Shown here: positions 26,020 through 37,136 of the stretch, piece by piece
How positions within the stretch are numbered: the stretch's first letter is position 1
Layout of the letters: each line of letters starts with the position of its first letter
From: Sporopachydermia quercuum
Lineage: Eukaryota
Length of the DNA: 64,000 bases
Assembly (NCBI GenBank): GCA_001599295.1
Contig: BCGN01000005.1
Location: 992,001-1,056,000, forward strand
Direction: 5' to 3'
Notes under the pieces: generated by a model
What the model was told of the DNA's origin: nothing
What the model saw: only the letters and a program-made list of their open reading frames with translations
Database searches by the model: none
Program-made: the position numbers and the translations under genes

Positions 26020-28044
26020 TCACATCTTGTGACAGCACGAAGAGGCATCCTGGGTAGTTATCTCTGATGTTGTATTGTTAACTAAAACGGATTTATTGAA
26101 CTTTGGATTTGATTGAGGAACATCCAAAGCAGGATTCTTCTCGAAAAAGTTGACAGGAAAAATATGAATTTGATGCATTTCTACGGGCATAACAGGGAAA
26201 TCTTCTGGTCTAGGAACATGTGTAAACCCTAAAGTAGCCCAAACAACAATATCTTCATTTCTAACATTATCAACACCATTAGCCCATTTAGCTAACCCAG
26301 TATCACCGTGCGATTGATTTGTAAATTCACCAGCAGCATATAAAGTATCATCAGCATACTTAGTGACCCAATAAGGCTTAGTAGCAAACTTTGCTCTTTT
26401 AACGTTAAATGATTCAGGGTCAGCAATTATTCCTTGAGCAGCTGGGACTTTGATTCTGTAGCCAACAGGTCGTTTTGAGATTGCGTTGATCTTTGATTCA
26501 TTTATAACAGTAAAAGATCTCGCGGTAGATGGGGAAGCATCACAAGATCCTGCTTTCTCAACGTAGTGCCGGTTGGTGATGTAACCTACCTTGTAAGGGT
26601 TTTCAGGAGAATCAGTAGGCATTGGAACAGCATCATCATAAACTAGAGTGTTCTTTTGACCATCAANGGCAGTATCAAATCGGAATGAAAGTAAATGCTG
26701 ATGATAAGCTGCCATAACACCAGGACCGACATTGGTACCCCATGGAACAACGACACCATCGTCAATTGGCATTGTTGATAGGATACCGGTTGCCCTGATT
26801 TGAATTGTAATACCAGCAGCTTGATCAAAAATATACTCAACAATGTATTCATAATTGGAAACAGTTGCAATACTTTGAACAACTAACTCTCTTCTTCTGG
26901 TGACATAAGCTCTTTCATTTCTATAGTTAACATGCTTCATTAACAAGCCATTATCTTGTTCGTGAAGACATACAATTGAATCCAATAAAGCAGGATCACC
27001 ATTAGCGCGGATTCTATGTCCATCAAAATAATGAATATAGCCAAGACAATCACATCCAAGCTTCAATTGATTAGCGCAAATTCCAAATCCAACATCACCT
27101 AAATCAAAAGCTTGCTTTCTATGGAAAGGCGCTCTTGGATCACCATATGGGACAGTCATTTCTGACAAAGACATTCTGTAGAAGACATCTCTTCCGTCAA
27201 AGGTAACGTCGTATAAGACACAACCTTCTCTTGTATTTGTAGATACTCTGAATTTCCATTTTTGCCATTCAACAACATTATCCTTGACCGAAAAGGAAGG
27301 ACCCTCTGCTTGTTCAACAGTCAATGGCTTTAATGGTCTTTCTGGCTCAGATATGAGTTGCTTATGATACTCAACAGCTTTGTAACCAGGATAGGGTTGA
27401 GTTGGAACAGTAGTGCTATCAGCACCTCCTGGCAAAAAATCCATTCTAACAAATTCCTTTGTTAGAGCATCGAAGACAGGAGAAAACTTTAAAGGTAACG
27501 AGTAGTGGTTTGCTTCAGGATGATCGACCTTCAGATACATATAGTGCTGAAGAAGGTATCGGTCTTCATTGTCATCATCTGTTCCATAAATCCAAGGATC
27601 AGAAATAACTTCGTATCCGGGAGGAAGCTTGAGTTTTTTGACTTCAGCCAAAACAAGTGGATGAGAAAGACAGGCAGCCTCGTGTTCAATGATATCATCT
27701 GGTTGGGCAGGACCAACGACACCTTTGGGAAGTGTTGTAGAGAGAATAAGATGTTTAGCAACTGTATTTACAATTGCTTTGTGAAGTAGAGTATCACCAA
27801 TAACGTTGTACAATACTGAAACAGTTCTTGGAACTGATGGTAAAGGTTGACCATGCCTTTCAGCAGAGATGTATTTCAACATCTTAGCTTTGGGAGGATC
27901 ATTTCTTTCAATGAATCTGAAGTGAATCTTTGATTGAGGATGATTGTCCTTTACTAACTTGGAACATAATTTGATCTCCTCTGGATGAAGAGGAGCGAAA
28001 GGATGTAAAGCTGCAATCTCCGCAGTGGTAGCTACTGATGCCAT
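26020..28044 (-). CDS. Copper-containing (TPQ) primary amine oxidase
   Basis: TVSNYEY topaquinone motif, HQH and THVPRPEDFPVMP copper ligands, LGCDCLG. Confidence 0.95.
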   Translation of the reverse strand: MASVATTAEIAALHPFAPLHPEEIKLCSKLVKDNHPQSKIHFRFIERNDPPKAKMLKYISAERHGQPLPSVPRTVSVLYNVIGDTLLHKAIVNTVAKHLILSTTLPKGVVGPAQPDDIIEHEAACLSHPLVLAEVKKLKLPPGYEVISDPWIYGTDDDNEDRYLLQHYMYLKVDHPEANHYSLPLKFSPVFDALTKEFVRMDFLPGGADSTTVPTQPYPGYKAVEYHKQLISEPERPLKPLTVEQAEGPSFSVKDNVVEWQKWKFRVSTNTREGCVLYDVTFDGRDVFYRMSLSEMTVPYGDPRAPFHRKQAFDLGDVGFGICANQLKLGCDCLGYIHYFDGHRIRANGDPALLDSIVCLHEQDNGLLMKHVNYRNERAYVTRRRELVVQSIATVSNYEYIVEYIFDQAAGITIQIRATGILSTMPIDDGVVVPWGTNVGPGVMAAYHQHLLSFRFDTAXDGQKNTLVYDDAVPMPTDSPENPYKVGYITNRHYVEKAGSCDASPSTARSFTVINESKINAISKRPVGYRIKVPAAQGIIADPESFNVKRAKFATKPYWVTKYADDTLYAAGEFTNQSHGDTGLAKWANGVDNVRNEDIVVWATLGFTHVPRPEDFPVMPVEMHQIHIFPVNFFEKNPALDVPQSNPKFNKSVLVNNTTSEITTQDASSCCHKM

Positions 28045-28269
28045 GACCTAGAGACCGTATGAATTGAATAGTTTCCTGAATACTTTTTGTTGATGGATCA
28101 ATAATAGTTAGAACTTCAACTTTTGTCTAATTCGAATTAAAATTCCGAATATAACTATCTGCTACTGCCAATTTTCTAAAACTAGTCAACAAGAATGCAC
28201 GAATCGTCCAGTGAGTTATACCAAAAATTTGCTGGTAGAGAATGGTAAAATCAATTAATAAAGAGAACA

Positions 28270-28910
28270 ATCACTTTATCAAATTTATCAATTGTATACT
28301 CACTGTCGCTATTTCCAAAACCGGTAATGCCTATCTACTTTTGAAAGATCCGAAATTTCTAACTTGGTTGATAAAGACAGATCAGATTGTAAAGTTTTTC
28401 CTATAAAATGATTTGATTACTCTTGATCAATGACAATATTGGGAATGTCAACTGTTTATATACCTCAAGCATATCGCCGTCAGAGAAACTTTTACCAAAA
28501 TAACACTATTTTGAGAGTTATTCTGTTACACCATTTTATACACAAATTCGACCTGGAAATTTGTGTATAGTATAGTATATCCAGTAAAAGAAATACAAAG
28601 CAGTACATTAGTAATTTTACCGCTGTTCATGAAGTTGATAACATCAACGTCCCATTAAATCATTATCAAGAACTATTCTACTTTAACTTACCAGTGCATG
28701 CAAATTCTTATCAAATAGAAGTTAGTATTGATAGTTTCGAGCTTCTTGGCTTTCATAGATAAGATTTCAGAAATTACAGTAAATAGAGAAGCAACGGGAT
28801 TAGAAATTATCTGAACTAAAATAAAGTTATAGTGAGAAATCTCGATTAGAGTTAAGAGGATGCATCAAATAGAAAAATATACCCAAAATGGAAAATATGG
28901 CGATTATCAG
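28270..28910. promoter_or_regulatory. Cluster of GATAA/TTATC motifs upstream of the amine oxidase
   Basis: About nine GATAA/TTATC motifs; consistent with GATA-factor nitrogen regulation of an amine-utilisation gene. Confidence 0.4.
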
Positions 28911-29868
28911 GAGGGGAGATGCATGTGACAGTGAGCAACTGCCCATTGATTGAAAACTGTTTTTTTAACAAAAAGTATCAAACAACGGGCAGATGCTCAC
29001 TGTTAGAATTAAAGAGGAAATTATTTGACAGAGAGAATAAATATGAGTAATTGGCATTAAGTAGTTAGAGTATTGCTTTGTAATTTGTTCCAACCCAAAT
29101 TCCACAACCGACATTGTTACCCGATATGGAAGAATCTATTTGGATTAGGGTTTCAGCCAAACTCTGGTTAGAATGTATTCGGGTACCATTAATGATCTAC
29201 TTGGTTAACTTAACTCTTAAAATGATACTAGGTGGTTAACAAATGAAACAGATATCTTGATAAAATGGCTGTCAGGCTGAAGGGAATGTAATAGGGTAAT
29301 TGCGGTTATTTTTGGTTGGCATGGATCAACACTTTATGATAGTTCTATTTGCAATGGAAAAATGTATATTGACACATAGTTCATTGGATCTGGTGTCTAA
29401 CAAATAGTTGTTTGATAACAGAAACATGATTCCCAGAACAAAGTGCTGTTCTTTCAAAGGTAGTGTTGTCTTCCTTTCATTCGTTCAATGAACTGTGTAC
29501 TCTTCCTCAATTAACTGTGTACTGTGTACTCTTCCTGCTTTGCTCTGAGAATTACCTCTCAATTGATTATAGGTCGATCCTTCCTAAATAGGAAGTAATG
29601 GATGAAGATGCTTTGTGCAATAAATCACAATCGAAGCGAGACCTCAAGTCCCGTCAGTGATTTCAAACCTGATATATCACAAACTGTTTGATGATGTTTG
29701 TTCTTGTTCGTTACGTCGTTAATATTGTTAGAAGTTGCATTTAATGGATTGGAGTGCTACATAAAGTAACAAACCAATAATTAAATAATATCTAGCGATA
29801 GTCGAATTGTTCTAAAAGCGCAGTAGAAGGAATAAGAGATAATAGGCAACAAGCTTTTTATCGATTGC

Positions 29869-30687
29869 ATGATTAGTGTTGATACCCAAAAAAGTTCCAA
29901 AATGAATTGCCAGAGGCTGAATACGAATTCAAAGAATTCTCAACAAAGATATAAGATATCCATTTATATAAAACCCAACCTTCAAAGAAAAATTTACAGT
30001 GTTGATCAGCTGTTGAATTTACGGAATTATAAAAGCTCGTATGCTCAACAAAAGCTTGCGATACAGCATCGAGCTCTAGAAGAATTACACCAAATGATAA
30101 ATACCCACAAACTGTATAACGCATACCCTTTTGTTCTACTGTTCTCTTCGAAGTGTTCNGTTTGGTATATTCATGAGTACTAACCAAAAAAATCTATCAC
30201 TAGACAATTCGAACGGAATCTCAAGACTGAGAGTGCTGTTTCTTTCGGTTGTGATGAAAATGAAGTAAAGTACGTTGACTTAGATGAAAACAGCTTATAT
30301 ACTGATTATAGAGGTGATACCCAATTTCTGAGGGGACTTCAACATAANAATGTGAATTTCTACCCAATGGAAAACAATGTGCGAGATTATTTAGGAAGAA
30401 GCAACAGAGCTTCCTTCGCAAGTAGACCTCGTCAGTTAGATTATACCCTAGATCATGTTTACCAATATCCGACATCAAATCAGGCAATGTACACAATTAA
30501 TAGAATGGATCCTATCACAGTTGGTTTTGAAAATCGAGAAAATAAACAAATACCATTGCCAAACTATCTCCATCCTGTGAGACATCGGGAACAGCCTGTT
30601 AATTGGGGTCACAATAGCTTAATTACTTATTCTAAGGATTCTCACCTGGTATTACCCCAAGATGGAATGTTCTATATGTATCTTTAG
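29869..30687 (+). CDS. Hypothetical spliced protein with a YxxxxL-phi eIF4E-binding motif; exons 29869-30113 (or -30038) and 30204-30687
   Basis: TACTAAC near 30179 and TAG acceptor at 30203; the downstream frame is open to 30687; two phase-2 donors (GTATGC 30039, GTATAA 30114) both join in frame. Confidence 0.55.
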
Positions 30688-31263
30688 TATGAATTACATC
30701 ATCACCATCTCAAAAATCAGTTATTCAAAAAGGCTTTTATCGGATTATTGGGGCTAGGTGTGGCTTACTGTAGCTCTACCTGTCAATGCTCGTACGAAGC
30801 AATGTTTAATGATCACTTATATCTTGCTATTTTACTTGATAATCATACAAAAGCTTAAAGTGCAGGTACAATATAGTGTTATATATTCTATTTCAATGAA
30901 TTTTCTATATAGTCAATTATTCATCAACATCATATCATGTTTATTGATCCGATTTTTATTCATTCTTATCTATCTTCCTATTTAAAACTTGACGTAATCA
31001 TTAAAATTGTTATCGATGCCTCAGTTTTTGGAGGGGGTCTCGTACTATCTGAGTTCGCTGCGCACAAAGTGAAAAATCGAAATTCTCAACCAACACGCAA
31101 ACGGAAACCAGTTTGTATGCCATACGTAGCATCAAAGGCTCAGCAAAGTGAGGTTCAAAGAATAATGAGTACAATGAAATGATCTATTATATAAATTAAT
31201 AGCTGTGAGAACTAGACGGTATAGTACTGGGGAAAAAGTAATTTTACAAGAATCAATATCAAT

Positions 31264-32331
31264 ATGGCCGAAGGAAAAGATTCACATGCACATTGCAAGG
31301 ATGGTAAGTGTAACGATGGCCATTCTCATAGTACACCAGCGCCAGCACCTCCACAAACGCCAGCAGCAATCGCTATTGCGAAATTTCTGCGAAGACACAA
31401 GGGGTTGAAGCAAAGAAAAGGATTGTTTAATGGAAGAGAAGTAGATTTTTTTCGGGCTAAACGGGCTATTAGAGTATTGAATTCCTCTGAATACGAAAAG
31501 CTATCGTCAAATCCTAAAAGTGGTTGCCCTAGAATTCGTACAACGCCAACAGATTCTAAATCCATCAAGCAAAATGACAACGGGCCTGTGCAAATTGCTG
31601 ATGATTTAATTTCTTTGTTAATAAGAAGTAACATTCTCTATCGCGTGAGGAAGATTGAGGACATAGAAGAAATCAAACAACGGGGTCTACCTAATGTTCG
31701 ACATAAGCCTAATCTGGATGCTCCACCTAAGCAGGCAACAGCTGTGAAATTTTTAGACATGTCGGATGCTAAAAACAAAAACATCAGACTAACTCCACAG
31801 GCTGCTGCAATGGGAGTGGAACTTTTGGACGAGAATGAATATTTTATCTGGAACTATGAGCCAGTTAATGTGCTGAATATTTTTTATGGTATACTATTAG
31901 TTGTTGGTATTTTCACGGTTATATTATTCCCATTATGGCCAAGGAAAATGAGAACAGGTGCTTATTATCTTTCATGGGGTTTNTTAGGCTTATTGGGACT
32001 ATTTTTTGTTGTGGCTATCATCAGACTCATTCTTTATCTCATTATTCTTGTTGCCACTAGAAAAGGTTTCTGGCTATTCCCTAATTTGTTTGCAGACGTT
32101 GGAATTATTGATAGCTTCAAGCCTCTCTATAGCTGGGATGGAGAAGAGGATAAAGGTGACACAACTGGTAAATCTAAGAAGTCAACCTCGAAGACCACCA
32201 AAGTTCCTGCTTCGTCTGAAAGCCCAGCTCTGGCTACCGCCGAACTATCAACAGCTAAAACTACCGGCACTTCAACCTCAGATACGAAAGCGAATTCTCG
32301 CCAAGTTGTTTTAGAAGAGTTAGACGAGTGA
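31264..32331 (+). CDS. SEC62: ER translocon subunit Sec62
   Basis: LKQRKG, DFFRAKRAIR, two TM segments with LFPLWP, GFWLFPNLFADVGIIDSFKPLYSW. Confidence 0.95.
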   Translation: MAEGKDSHAHCKDGKCNDGHSHSTPAPAPPQTPAAIAIAKFLRRHKGLKQRKGLFNGREVDFFRAKRAIRVLNSSEYEKLSSNPKSGCPRIRTTPTDSKSIKQNDNGPVQIADDLISLLIRSNILYRVRKIEDIEEIKQRGLPNVRHKPNLDAPPKQATAVKFLDMSDAKNKNIRLTPQAAAMGVELLDENEYFIWNYEPVNVLNIFYGILLVVGIFTVILFPLWPRKMRTGAYYLSWGXLGLLGLFFVVAIIRLILYLIILVATRKGFWLFPNLFADVGIIDSFKPLYSWDGEEDKGDTTGKSKKSTSKTTKVPASSESPALATAELSTAKTTGTSTSDTKANSRQVVLEELDE

Positions 32332-33030
32332 TCAACGAGGCCATTAATGGAATTAATGAAATTTGTTTCAATAGATCAATAATATGTCCTTTTTTCATTG
32401 CCTTGTATTGTTCCTTATTAGTTTGCTCATAATCCTGTTACATATAAAATTAAAAACGTACTGCACAAATATGCATAGATATGTCGTATCCATTTAAGAT
32501 TTTAGTTACATGTCTTCCAGTAGTAAACTCTTGACATCAACTATTTAACTATGTGGATTGTTAGCCTCTCCTAGACGGTTTATATATTTCCTGGGGCATT
32601 TATTGACTATGTTTATATATTGAAGTAAACTTGTTGTGAATAATTCTCGCAGACTTTGCATTAATACGTATACTTTTTAGGCAATCTTTAGACACTCTTT
32701 TAGGAGTACCCTGTTATCAGTGGAACATCTACTAGGAGTAGCCAGTCATCAGGGCAATATCAGCATTTGGATCCTGCCCTCAAAGAAATTGGTAGATCGA
32801 TTGAAATTAGAATATTCCCAAACACTGCTGATATCAACAAAGCACCTTATCAGAACAGGATTTTATTGAATATCTTTTTAAAGATTTTATTGAAATCACA
32901 ACGCTCAACATATATATGAAGTCAACGGAGAGGACTCCCGTTGATAATAACTCATAGTCATAATATGATCTAGGAACTGACTGGATCAACACTTAATTGC
33001 ATTACTTTTTTTGATGTAAAGAAATTTTGA

Positions 33031-34377
33031 ATGAATTTATTAGATACAATCATGTCAGTCTTCAGGAAAACTGGGTTGGGGATTGTAGCGGCCTATGCTT
33101 CCTACAAGGCATACATCATGATCCAGACGAAACTTGAGATCTCCAGGAGAACACATGAAGAAGAAATGAGACTATTAGAGAACAGCGGTTTAAAATTCCC
33201 TAATAGAACATATGGATCTATGACTATTGGCGGCCGATTTGAGAATCCGTTTCCTGAATATCGACCTCAGACATTGTTTGAATTTTTTTATTGCCGTATC
33301 CATGAATTTTTTGAGCCTAGACCTAGAGGTGGAATTCCATTTGACAATGAGACACTAAGAAAGCTTTTACCGATCTTCACACCTGATTATGAGCTCTTGT
33401 TTTCACAGCTGAATAACAAAACAGAAAATAATTCTACATTAAACGAAAAGGAGAGCGAATCGTTACCACCCGCAAGAGATAGACTAAATCTTACCTGGAT
33501 TGGACAGAGTTGTGCCTATGTGCAGATTGGGCAGTTGAGTATATTGACAGATCCTATCTTTGAGAACTATTTGATGCATCATAGACTCGGACCCAAACGA
33601 GTCACGCCAGCCCCCTGTCAAATCAAAGATTTACCAAAAATTGACTATGTATTTGTCTCCCACGACCATCCTGATCATTTAGAAGAAGAATCTATAGCAA
33701 AGATTGGCAATGAAGCTATGTGGATAGTTCCTGTAGGTATTCGCCATTTCCTGAATAAACGAGGAATCTATAAGGTTGCCGAACTAGATTGGTGGGAGAG
33801 AATGGAGCTACCCAGCAATAATATGAGTGGTGGAATCGGAACAGGAACGGGAAATGATGATAAATTTGAAGTTGTATGTACCCCAGCTATGCATTGGTCT
33901 GGAAGATACATTCTTGATACCAACAGATCACTATGGTGCTCATTTTTAGTATTGAGAAATGGGCAACCAATTTTTTTCCACGCTGGAGACACTGGTTATG
34001 CTAAAGAAGTTTTCTCTGGAATCAAACAAATATATGGTGGTGGATGTAAAGTTGCTATGATTCCATGTGGATCATATGAACCAGCATGGCACCAAAAGCC
34101 TCGTCATGTTAATCCTTCAGAAGCCATACAAATAATGCAAGATTTGGAAGCTAAGAAAATGATCGGTGTCCATTGGGGTACTTTTGTGCTGAGTAGCGAG
34201 AATTTTCTGGCCCCTAAGAGTCAACTGGAAAGATTAGCATCTTTGAAAGATAGTAAGAATAGCATTTTGGCACCTGAATTTGGTCGTACTATGGTATTTG
34301 ATATAAGTGATGATCGTGACAGCCATACAGAGTCTAAGAAGTTAGTTAGAGATGGGAAAACATGGTTGATTAGGTGA
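33031..34377 (+). CDS. FMP30: NAPE-PLD-like metallo-beta-lactamase
   Basis: GRFENPFPEYRPQTLFEF, SHDHPDHL, PAMHWSGR, FHAGDTGY, GVHWGTF. Confidence 0.9.
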   Translation: MNLLDTIMSVFRKTGLGIVAAYASYKAYIMIQTKLEISRRTHEEEMRLLENSGLKFPNRTYGSMTIGGRFENPFPEYRPQTLFEFFYCRIHEFFEPRPRGGIPFDNETLRKLLPIFTPDYELLFSQLNNKTENNSTLNEKESESLPPARDRLNLTWIGQSCAYVQIGQLSILTDPIFENYLMHHRLGPKRVTPAPCQIKDLPKIDYVFVSHDHPDHLEEESIAKIGNEAMWIVPVGIRHFLNKRGIYKVAELDWWERMELPSNNMSGGIGTGTGNDDKFEVVCTPAMHWSGRYILDTNRSLWCSFLVLRNGQPIFFHAGDTGYAKEVFSGIKQIYGGGCKVAMIPCGSYEPAWHQKPRHVNPSEAIQIMQDLEAKKMIGVHWGTFVLSSENFLAPKSQLERLASLKDSKNSILAPEFGRTMVFDISDDRDSHTESKKLVRDGKTWLIR

Positions 34378-34721
34378 TAATTGATAGTATATGAGAAATT
34401 AAAATATGAATAAGTACCGTCTGCCGAAGTATGGGATGTTCTATAGATCTTAGATAGAGGAAAGTATTTCTTCTTTCTCATTATAAAGTTTGCAGCAATC
34501 AGAAGATTCAGTGGTTTGAGTAGCATACAGTAGCATACAGTAGCATATATATTACTAACTATCTTGAGGGGAGTATATACATGAAACGCATTTTTTCAAC
34601 TACAATCTCAACCAATTCTATTTACATGTCATAATCCTTTCAAAGTCGTATGCGCATCCATCAACTTATCTTATTGAGATTGTCTCATCGTCATATGGTA
34701 GGCATAAAACAATTTTCTCCT

Positions 34722-35762
34722 TCAGATATTTTTCTCACTCTCTACCAACTTTATGAATTGTTCCACTTCTTCATCTTTTGTAACATAACAATACTCTTTG
34801 GAAGGGAATTCCTTTGTTTTAACTTCATCACAATATTGTTTGATCGCTTCAGTATGGGTTTTGAGCATATTTGAATACTTCTTCAAGAACTTCGGTGTGA
34901 AACCTCTGAATCCCCCTAACATGTCAAGCTGAACCAATACTTGACCACTAGTACCAGGGCCAGCCCCAATTCCAATAATTGGAATAGATAGTTGTTTGGT
35001 GATAATTTCAGCAATCTTATCAGGAACGGCCTCGAGAACGATTAATGAGCAGCCTGCTGCTTGTAATGCTAAAGCATCTTCAAGAACACTCATAGCAGTT
35101 CGAGCTGTTTTCCCTTGAACCCTGAATCCACCAAGAGAGCTTTGACGTTGTGGAGTTAAACCAATATGACCAACCACAGGGATTCCAAACTGAGTCAACC
35201 TGGAAATCGTAGGAACCAATTCTTTGCCACCTTCAATTTTGATAGCCTCGGCTCTACCACGTTTAATCATAGCAATTGCAGATTGGACAGCCTGTTCTAC
35301 CGATTGCTCATATGAGCCAAAAGGCAAGTCAGTGACAAGAAAAGCTTTCTTGACACCTCTTGATACTGCCTTAGAAACAAAGATCATTTCATCTAAAGAG
35401 ATTTCATTAGTCGATTCATAGCCTAAGGATACCATAGCTAAAGAATCCCCTACTAAGATCATCTCAACACCCGCCTGATCTGCAATTAACCCCGAGATAT
35501 AGTCGTGGGCAGTCAATACAGTTATAGGTTCATTGTTCTTCTTTAGCTTCTGTAAATCCCTAATAGTAACCTTTTTTCTTGAATCATATGTTGTTGCTAT
35601 ATCTGAGCCTCCTTGGGAGGCATAATGCGAATATCGCACTTGATTTGCCTGACTTACAGATCCTGAAGATGCCTTGATCCACGTTCTATTTCTCGGCAAA
35701 CTAACTGATAATTTGCAGATACTCGATCTAGTTATTACGCCAATTCGAATGGTTCGAAACAT
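34722..35762 (-). CDS. ECM31: Ketopantoate hydroxymethyltransferase (PanB), mitochondrial
   Basis: ILVGDSLAMV, DLPFGSY, KIEGG, GHIGLTPQ, IGIGAG..SGQVLV. Confidence 0.96.
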   Translation of the reverse strand: MFRTIRIGVITRSSICKLSVSLPRNRTWIKASSGSVSQANQVRYSHYASQGGSDIATTYDSRKKVTIRDLQKLKKNNEPITVLTAHDYISGLIADQAGVEMILVGDSLAMVSLGYESTNEISLDEMIFVSKAVSRGVKKAFLVTDLPFGSYEQSVEQAVQSAIAMIKRGRAEAIKIEGGKELVPTISRLTQFGIPVVGHIGLTPQRQSSLGGFRVQGKTARTAMSVLEDALALQAAGCSLIVLEAVPDKIAEIITKQLSIPIIGIGAGPGTSGQVLVQLDMLGGFRGFTPKFLKKYSNMLKTHTEAIKQYCDEVKTKEFPSKEYCYVTKDEEVEQFIKLVESEKNI

Positions 35763-37136
35763 TGCAATTGACTCTATTAAATTACTATTTATGGATATGG
35801 TGATCTATCTTTTCACCTATATGCTTGCTTTCCTTTGCTAGCAATTTGTTTTGAAGTGGAGATACGACAATGGTTAGCACTCTAATGTACGGCGATTAAG
35901 GCGATCTATCTTTTTTTTCCCTTCCTCAAGAAATTGGTCTATAATTCTATATTTTCTTTTCTTCAATTCACATATGGTTTTTATAATGAGTCATAGCCAG
36001 CTAGCAAGCTTATGAGGAAATCAGAGTATTTGTCTCGATATTGAACTAACTACTATTGCAATCATATGCCCGTTTTTCAGGATTGAACTTCCTATCTTTC
36101 TCTCTGACTCATCCACACCTTCGAGAAACTATTAGATCTTTCCTCAGATTCGTCAATAACCAGAACACCAAACACATATAATGGAGAATATTTCACTGTT
36201 CCAATTTGTTCGTTTATTCTTCCTCGCTTAGACTATTTTGAGAACTTTTCCCCGCTGGAAAAATATGCAGAAACACATCAATGCATTATTGTGCATTAAA
36301 GGGGGTTATCAGAAGAATACTGGAAGGCAATTTTCATGTTTTAACGATTACGTAATGCGAAACTGTGATTAGAAATCTTCCTTCATTAATGAATAACTGC
36401 CGAGGTAAAGATTTACTGGTGAAGCGCATATGAAGAACACAAATGATGAAGAGAGCATATCAGATAGCTGACAATTATAAATAAGTAACCCAGATAGAGA
36501 TGCTATTTAAATTTTTTGAGATTATCATAAATGTAAATGCCCTGATTGCAGTATTTTTTGTTTATTATCTCTTTTAAACGAATAGTTAACTCGCTATATG
36601 AGTCGTTGATTTATTATTTGTATACGCATGTACCCCCTGTTAGCATTTTACTGTATGGGTGTTTCTACCACGCGATAGACCTAAACCAACCCGAAACAAT
36701 CATTTCAATCATGGGATCATGCTTGAAGTCAAAGTCACATAGCCTTCGCGAAACCCCATAATTTTGCTTCTTCTTTCGTCTATTCTAACACTTTTTCTAC
36801 ATAATAGACATAGCATGTACACTAATAGCTAATACAATCGGGTATCCTCGGAACTTTAAAACCTGATTTCGGAAACAGATAAAGAAAGGAAATTAAACGA
36901 TCAAGGCAGCCTTTTATCCACTATTGAATCCACTGGGTATTAGAACTTGGGGAAAAGTAAAAATTAGAGATTGAAAGGCCTTGAATCATTTTGTTATACT
37001 CAGACAAACATCTTTCCAGTTGCAGCAAGCTATATCTTGGGATAAAGTACAGTAGGCCACTAATTGATTGAATACCGTATCATCACCACCTTCGTCAGTT
37101 TATTTTTGCATAGTTACGAAAAAAAAGTCTCACAAA

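Noticed and set aside
34520..34547. Short tandem duplications (TAGCATACAG repeats; also 29491-29536 and 56957-56980)
   Set aside because: Simple slippage repeats with no spacers or terminal repeats; not CRISPR or transposon.
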